The notes below the pieces were generated by a model. It made no database searches. It saw only the letters and a program-made list of their open reading frames with translations, and was not told where the DNA came from. From NCBI GenBank assembly GCA_963693365.1, contig CAVNZM010000016.1, forward strand, positions 5,448,543 to 5,512,542: 64,000 bases of DNA, written 5' to 3'. Below are positions 32,909 to 64,000 of the stretch, piece after piece. The stretch comes from Amoebidium appalachense. Its lineage: Eukaryota > Protista > Ichthyosporea. Numbering within the stretch: the first letter of the stretch is position 1; each line of letters opens with the position of its first letter. The position numbers and the translations under genes were made by a program.

Positions 32909-33864
32909 TTTGTTATAACACACAAAGGATCGCCTATTCTATTAAATGTGGTTGGTCTGTTAGCCTCTTGTTGGCTATATTGTTTCCCTCCCCCCAATTG
33001 ATGTTTTGGTGCCGAGAACTGTGGGAAACCACAGTAAGCCAGTCAAGCGGATCTTAGCCCTGTCCTCCAACCTCTCCCGAGTGTCCAAACACCAGAAATC
33101 TTAGCAATACCTATAAGTGTCTCCTCCCTGTCCACCCTAAGCTCTTCTATACGTATGCCAAATGATGTCTTTGAAGCCGGAAATGTTGCTCCACAAACCG
33201 CCGGTTGAACGGTGGACGTGAGTTGAAAACTGAGCGTTCCTTCTTCCAGCTGGCCGCCAGCTGGGTACTGTTGAGTCTCCTCAGAGGCTCAGACTTTGCT
33301 GTCATGCCAAACGCAATTCCTATTGGCTGACGTTGCGCGTTATTTCCCTATAAAGGCAAAAACGCTCAAAGGTCGAGCCAATCGGAACGGCGTCAGATAG
33401 AAACTTCTACATTCCAACGGCATTTCAAGCCCTGCTTCTGCCTGTCTGCAGTGCCTCTTTGTCAAGCGACCCAAATCTTTTCGGGCCAAGCTCGGCCCGG
33501 AATGATCCCTGGTTCGGAAGGTGATTTCGCCGTGACGTCACAACCATCTGCCTAAGCATTTCTTGGACTCTGTCACAGGTTGTCGCTACACAAGGGAGAG
33601 TCGGGGAAACGAGTGGTGTTTGGTTTCCTGTTTCCTGTTTCTTGTAATTTGACGTGAGGGTTCCATTAGTAGCTTTTGGTGAGGGATAAGCGTATGTAAA
33701 AACGAGCTCGACTAGCCTGTAGGAACTTTTTTTTTTTTTTTACAGAGAACGCACTTTCAAGGGAGCCACACACAAAGGAATCTCCAATAGGGAGCGAAGT
33801 GCTCCTAGGCAGTGAGGTTTTCTAAAAACATCGGGGCCGGGGGCTCCTTGTTTGCATCGACATA
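32909..33864. promoter_or_regulatory. Divergent (probably bidirectional) promoter between the kinase and SF3B1
   Basis: The start codons are ~950 bp apart head-to-head and the region is almost free of microsatellites. Motifs: ATTGG 33322, TATAAA 33349, CCAAT 33378, TGACGTCA 33533. Confidence 0.6.
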
Positions 33865-58943
<25,079 letters not shown>

Positions 58944-60177
58944 ACTATGGAATGTGTGCGTGTGGGATTATGGTGTTTTTTGAGTGTGTTTCCATTTTGG
59001 GGGTTGGGGGGGATTGGGTTTGGGGGGGGGGGGGGGGTTCTTTTGTCTGTACTATTATTGCTGTGTATTTGTGATTTGGTGTTTGTTTTTTCAACCCGGA
59101 ATGGCATCACCTTATTCCGATTGTGCATAGGTGGACGAATTTTTAATTGTTTCTTCATATGGGTGTATGCTATCGCTGTGCGGCCCGTGATGTGGTACAT
59201 AGCAACGGGGGAGGTACGGAGAGTTTTGTGCATGGGTGCTATAGGTTCTTTTACCCTGGATATATATGTGTAGTGATCTATTGTTTTTGTTTGTTTGTTT
59301 TTTTTTTTTTTTTTACATCATAGGTGTTATGTTAGAGCAAGACGTTTTAATTTGCAAGGAATCTTGCTCTATGTTCTTGCCGACCCTTTATTCAAATCAC
59401 ACTTGTTGCCAACCGGGTGGTATTGGTTTGCTTGGTCGGATTTGTTGAAGCATGTAAAGTGTGCTGGAAGGTGGAAATGCTGTAAAATAAACCGTCTGTT
59501 TTGTTTGCACAAATGTCATTCCTGTTCAGCACAAATTGAACGCAGGGCAGGTATGTGTTGGGCGTGTGCGCGCGAATGACCATGGGCCAAGTGTGCCTGT
59601 GTGCCCAGATTATGCCGTTGCGTGTGTGTGCGCGCGCCCGTGTGTCCGTGGGTGTTTTCGTGGCATTGTGCATGTTTGTGCGCTGATTTGTGTGTGCACG
59701 TGTACACGTGTCTGTGTGTGTGTGTGCGGGTGACGCTGGATGGCCACGACAACATGTGTATGCGTGTGTATGCGTACGTGTGTGTGCGTATGTGCAGTAG
59801 GCGGGCGTGTGTGTACGTACATATCATGTGTGTGTGTGCGTGTGTTTTTTGTGCGTGTGTTTTTGTGTACGTGTGATACTGTGTGTGCCACGTGCACGGC
59901 GTGTGTATATGTCAGTGTGTGTGTGTGTGTGTGTGTACGGGTGGGTGTGCATGCCTCGGACCCAAGGCTAACATTCTTTATAAAAAATTTAAGGGATCCG
60001 TTAATCTGGGGCAATGATTTAAATTTCACTCGTCTAGATGTACATGCGTGGATCATGTTGGAACGTTATGCATATATGTGCTTGTGCACACACGTGTACG
60101 TGTGGACATGTACGTAGCAGCTGAGGTGCCCCGTGGCCAGGGGGGGGGGGAAGGGGCGGCGGAGGGGTGGGTGCATT

Positions 60178-60237
<60 letters not shown>

Positions 60238-61092
60238 AGATCTCGAGGGTCACGAGAGAGGGGATTCGGAGGAGGTTCATGATCATATGAACCGATGGAA
60301 CTGTCGATAGTTCGAATATGTGCCAATCCCCCCCCCCCCCCCAAAAAAAAGCCCACACACATACACAATATCCAGGCAACATGCGTACGTCGTAGCCAAT
60401 GGTGCGATTTACTAATCAGGCAAAATGTTCGTGTGGTATGTCGGTCTGGGACCCTTCTATACTACACAGGTGACCTTGTGTCTCGGGTCCGTTGTCTTTT
60501 TCCAGAAAACTCATACAGTATCTGCTTGAGAGGTAACATTCTCCACGTCATTATAAGCAGGGCACGGAAATATATATGTTTTCTAGCGGTACAGAGCGGT
60601 GTACACATCGTTTTTTTTTGACAATTTGGTGTGCGTACAAATTTGGTGCTCGAGACGCAAGGGTTAAAAAGGAGTACAGGAGACTGCACGGATACCTGAC
60701 GTCCAATGTGTGGAGAGTTTAGTTTAAAAGTCACCACCATGTATCAACACACTATCGCTATACTTAAAAAGGCGACACTTATTCACCATGATGAACGTCT
60801 ATGGTCTATATACACGGTCATTTCGGCTGTCTTTACTAACACTAAAAGTCGTAGCAATACCAACCTAATATACAACAAAAGTACACACACAAACTATCAC
60901 TCATCCGAATGGTTGGCCAAAGGGGCCCGTTTTGTGTTATCCTGTCCCGTACATTTCTTGTAGTGCTGTCGCGGATTAGCAATGCTATGTGAGTTGCGCA
61001 TGTGCAAACACAGGGCCTGTATGGTGGTATACACTCTAGTGCACGCATCCTCCACACATCGCCACTGCCGCATCCCGTCATACTCGCACGCC

Positions 61093-62434
61093 TTACCCCC
61101 TCCCTCCTTTCGCCTTCTCCTGCGAACCTACGCTCTGCGTTTCGCTGCTTGGCGTTACTATTCCGTTCCTGCCACTCTTCGCCTTTTCTTCCGGACTTGC
61201 GCTACGTTTTTCGTTGACTGGTGTTTCTCTGCCGTTCCCACGATGTTTCTTCGATTTTGGATTTCTCTCCGTCTTCTCTTTCTCGTCGTTCGGAACCTTG
61301 GCCTCACTTTCCTTCTCTTCGGCAGCCCCGGCCCGGCGTTTGCGTCTACTCCCTTCGTTATTACTGCTCGGTTGGCTTGTTTGTTTTGAAACCTTCCGTT
61401 TTTCCGCTACCTGCCTCTTCACTGTTTTGCTCTGCCTTGGATTACTGACCTTTTCCTTGTCTGTCTCCGTGTCCGCTCGTTTCTCTGTTGTCTTCTTTTG
61501 GGCGTTTTGGCTCTGCCATAAGTAGCTAGCCATTTCTTCATCCGTCTCCGTTTCATCATCGTCATCAGAATTATATGCCGGAATAAAGGGATAGTGTTTG
61601 TAATTGTGTGCGTATGCATGGTTTGAATACGTGGAAGCGGTTGTCGGCAGCGGGGGGGAATTTCTCGTCGGTGTTTTTAAGCGTTCCTTCACATGGAAGC
61701 GATGAAAACGTATTTACAGGCTGCAAGGGGGGTTCTCTTGAGGTGATGCTGAGCGGGGAAGAAATCACCGAGGGAACCGTGGGCGGAGTGACACTCGAAT
61801 CCATAACGTTTTCCTTAGCCCTCTCTGGACACGACAGACGCTTTTCACACTGTGGATATCCTGGGTGGCCTTGGTCCGAGGGGGGAGCGTGGGTGTTTGA
61901 CATAGAGAAGCCGATCTTGTCGAAAAAACAGGAAATGTTGAACTCCCCCGTATTGGTCTCCTCGGAGAAAGCACTTAGCCATTCGTCGCGCTGGTCAGAA
62001 CTATATGAAGTCGTCGAGGTGGTGGGAGAGCGCGCTGCTGAATGGGGTGTGTGCGTGGGTAGGTGCCTCTCGGTGTCTTCGTCACGTTGCGCAGATGGTT
62101 CGGATGTTTTGGTAGATGTGCTCGGGGTGTTCTGTGGCAACGCACTATGGTGTGGATGAGTATAGTTTACGGGGGCTGTCTGGCCGTCAGGCACAACCGG
62201 TTGGATGGAGCCGTTCGTGTTTACGGTTTTCAAGGAATGGCGCTCAAAGGATTCCTCTGCAAAGACTGGGGGGTGAGGATACGACCCTGGGTTCTGGATG
62301 GTTATCTCCGTTTTCGAGTAGTGATGGAGAAGGGGTGTTTTGTCCGGTGTATATGGAGGTGTTGGTTGGCTTCCGCTGGCTTGGCTGTGTGTTTCGTTGG
62401 AATCACTCGACAACGGGACTTCCTGGGCGTGTTC
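61093..62434 (-). pseudogene. Large exon of an unknown Ser/Pro/Thr-rich then Lys/Glu-rich protein, with one internal frameshift near 61690
   Basis: Acceptor ggttaacag before 62434. ORF 62413-61571 overlaps ORF 61692-61093 in another frame, and both read as disordered protein (SDDDDETETDEE, RRKRR). It ends at TAA 61093 or at the donor GTAAGG at 61096. Confidence 0.5.
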
Positions 62435-63643
62435 CTGTTAACCCATGTTGTGAGCTAAAGCCCCTTTGCACGTGCACAGAACACGTAACTTCCTTGGTAG
62501 TCAAACTCAAGATTAGTGTTACCTCAAGGACTCGAAGACACTAGAGACAAAAAAATAGATATCAGCACGGATACAAACATAGTTCTCGCGCCTTCCAGTT
62601 TTTAGGACACGTTAACAAGCAAGGAAAACGAACATAACAGTTCCCTGTTGAGGTTGTGGGATATTCGTTTCGCTTGAGCTTATGTAAGCGCCTTGTTCCT
62701 TTGAAAACAAAGATGAACACCACTACAAAAAAAAACTCTAGTATTCGCTGAAGCGCTCTCCACAAACAAATCCAGGATTGATTTTGGATAGAAAAGGTTT
62801 TTTCTTTTCAAGTGGGTGTCGGAGATAGGCCAAGTCAAAAGCATCCAGAAAAGTGCTGGGGAAGGGGCCAAGAGACATACCATTGTTTCCCGAAGTGTTT
62901 TCCACTGCAGTTTCTTGAAAACCTTTCAGTAAAAAAAGTAGCCCCTCGTGTTTAAAATCAACCAAACTAACCTAAAACGTCTGAGCACATTTTCTGACAA
63001 GTTGTCTGAAAAACGAACAGTTTTCTTGGGAGCCTGAAAAAAACTCTTTCAGCGGTTCTAGTAAGTCTTCCTACTGCCCAACAAAGTAATTTACATATCA
63101 CTCCTCTTTCTCCCTCGCACCTTCGTTTTTCTGTGTATGTGTGCGTGCGCGTGTGCGTGCGCGTGTGTCTGTGTGCGTGTGTGTTTTTTCTTTTTTGCTC
63201 TCTATCTCGTTCCTGAACTTTCGTTTCTACTTCTGACAAGTCACTTGTGAGGTTAAAAATAAATCTGGTGACGACATGCGGTCAATCACCCCAAACTTAT
63301 TCTTGTCGCAGTGTCCAACTCAGAACTGGCCTCTCGTGGTTTACTAGATATCCTGTCTTCACATGATTTTATTATTTTTTGCGTACTTTATACAGTATCA
63401 AACTCATATTAATGTTAATTTAGTGCTCCTTTAGGCTATTTAGCTATATAATGAATGTATGCAGTAATATTTGTGCATCAAACGCTATTTTGCTAAGCCG
63501 AAAATTGAAGACAGCATGCCTACACATGGGAGACATCAGAGTTTTGGAGGAACCTTGTGGTGCGTTGGAAACCACTCACATTTTTTTCGCTTTTTTTGGC
63601 TTATCTTTTAGAGTAGTGTAAAAAGTTATCCATTCTCAAACAT

Positions 63644-63708
63644 GATTGGTTTATCGGAGCAAGAAGGTTGTTGATTGGCTATTAACCTGACCCCAGCTGC
63701 TATATAAA
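63644..63708 (+). promoter_or_regulatory. CCAAT/TATA core promoter
   Basis: GATTGG at 63644 and 63673, and TATATAAA at 63701-63708, ~90 bp before the ATG at 63797. Confidence 0.55.
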
Positions 63709-63796
63709 GCTGATGCCCCCTCAGTCAAGTTCAGTCACGGTCCCACAGACACGTGCTAGTTTGCGAGCGTGGCGAATATATTTGAACACAAACAAA

Positions 63797-63967
63797 ATGA
63801 AAGAAGGACGTGGTCCAAACCATAACCACAACTTACGAACTGAATTTTATGAATGGGTCAAAAACTCATATTTTCGTGGGTATGAGAGCAACCAAATGGA
63901 GCTTGTGGCTCGCCGAGGCATACGGAACATGAACATGGAGGACACCCAGGGGTATAAGGACCAAGAG
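63797..63967 (+). CDS. First coding exon of an unknown gene continuing beyond the window (MKEGRGPNHNHNLRTEFYEWVKNSYF...)
   Basis: aaaATG context after the TATA box, 57 open codons, then donor GAG|GTAAAA. Confidence 0.55.
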
Positions 63968-64000
63968 GTAAAAACTAATTCGTTTTTTCCTTTTCGGTTA

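Overview
This is eukaryotic genomic DNA, intron-rich and saturated with poly-C/poly-G, poly-A/T, (CA)n/(TG)n and (GA)n tracts. SF3B1 similarity suggests a unicellular opisthokont/holozoan, but that is an inference. Most ORFs in the supplied track are microsatellite artefacts. Supported content, left to right: (1) a Myb/SANT plus zinc-ribbon gene and the right end of a PIF/Harbinger-like transposon; (2) a full-length Ty1/copia LTR retrotransposon with identical LTRs but a disrupted polyprotein, inserted in a poly-C tract; (3) a multi-exon kinase pseudogene with a possible cysteine-protease-like C-terminal region; (4) an intronless fasciclin (FAS1) gene; (5) a CaMKK/Sak1-like kinase gene (minus strand) divergent from a complete 31-exon SF3B1 gene (1250 aa, all GT-AG introns); (6) a frameshifted low-complexity gene and the first exon of another gene at the right edge. 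The most unusual signals concern splicing and repeats. Some introns have (AC)n in place of the polypyrimidine tract, with a complementary (GU)n/G tract upstream. SF3B1 itself contains a 10x59-bp AG-free array of branchpoint plus pyrimidine units. A ~130-bp dispersed element is tied to poly-C tracts. There is also a 460-bp foldback hairpin and a Mutator-like MITE with a 9-bp TSD. All coordinates were read by eye and no searches were run.
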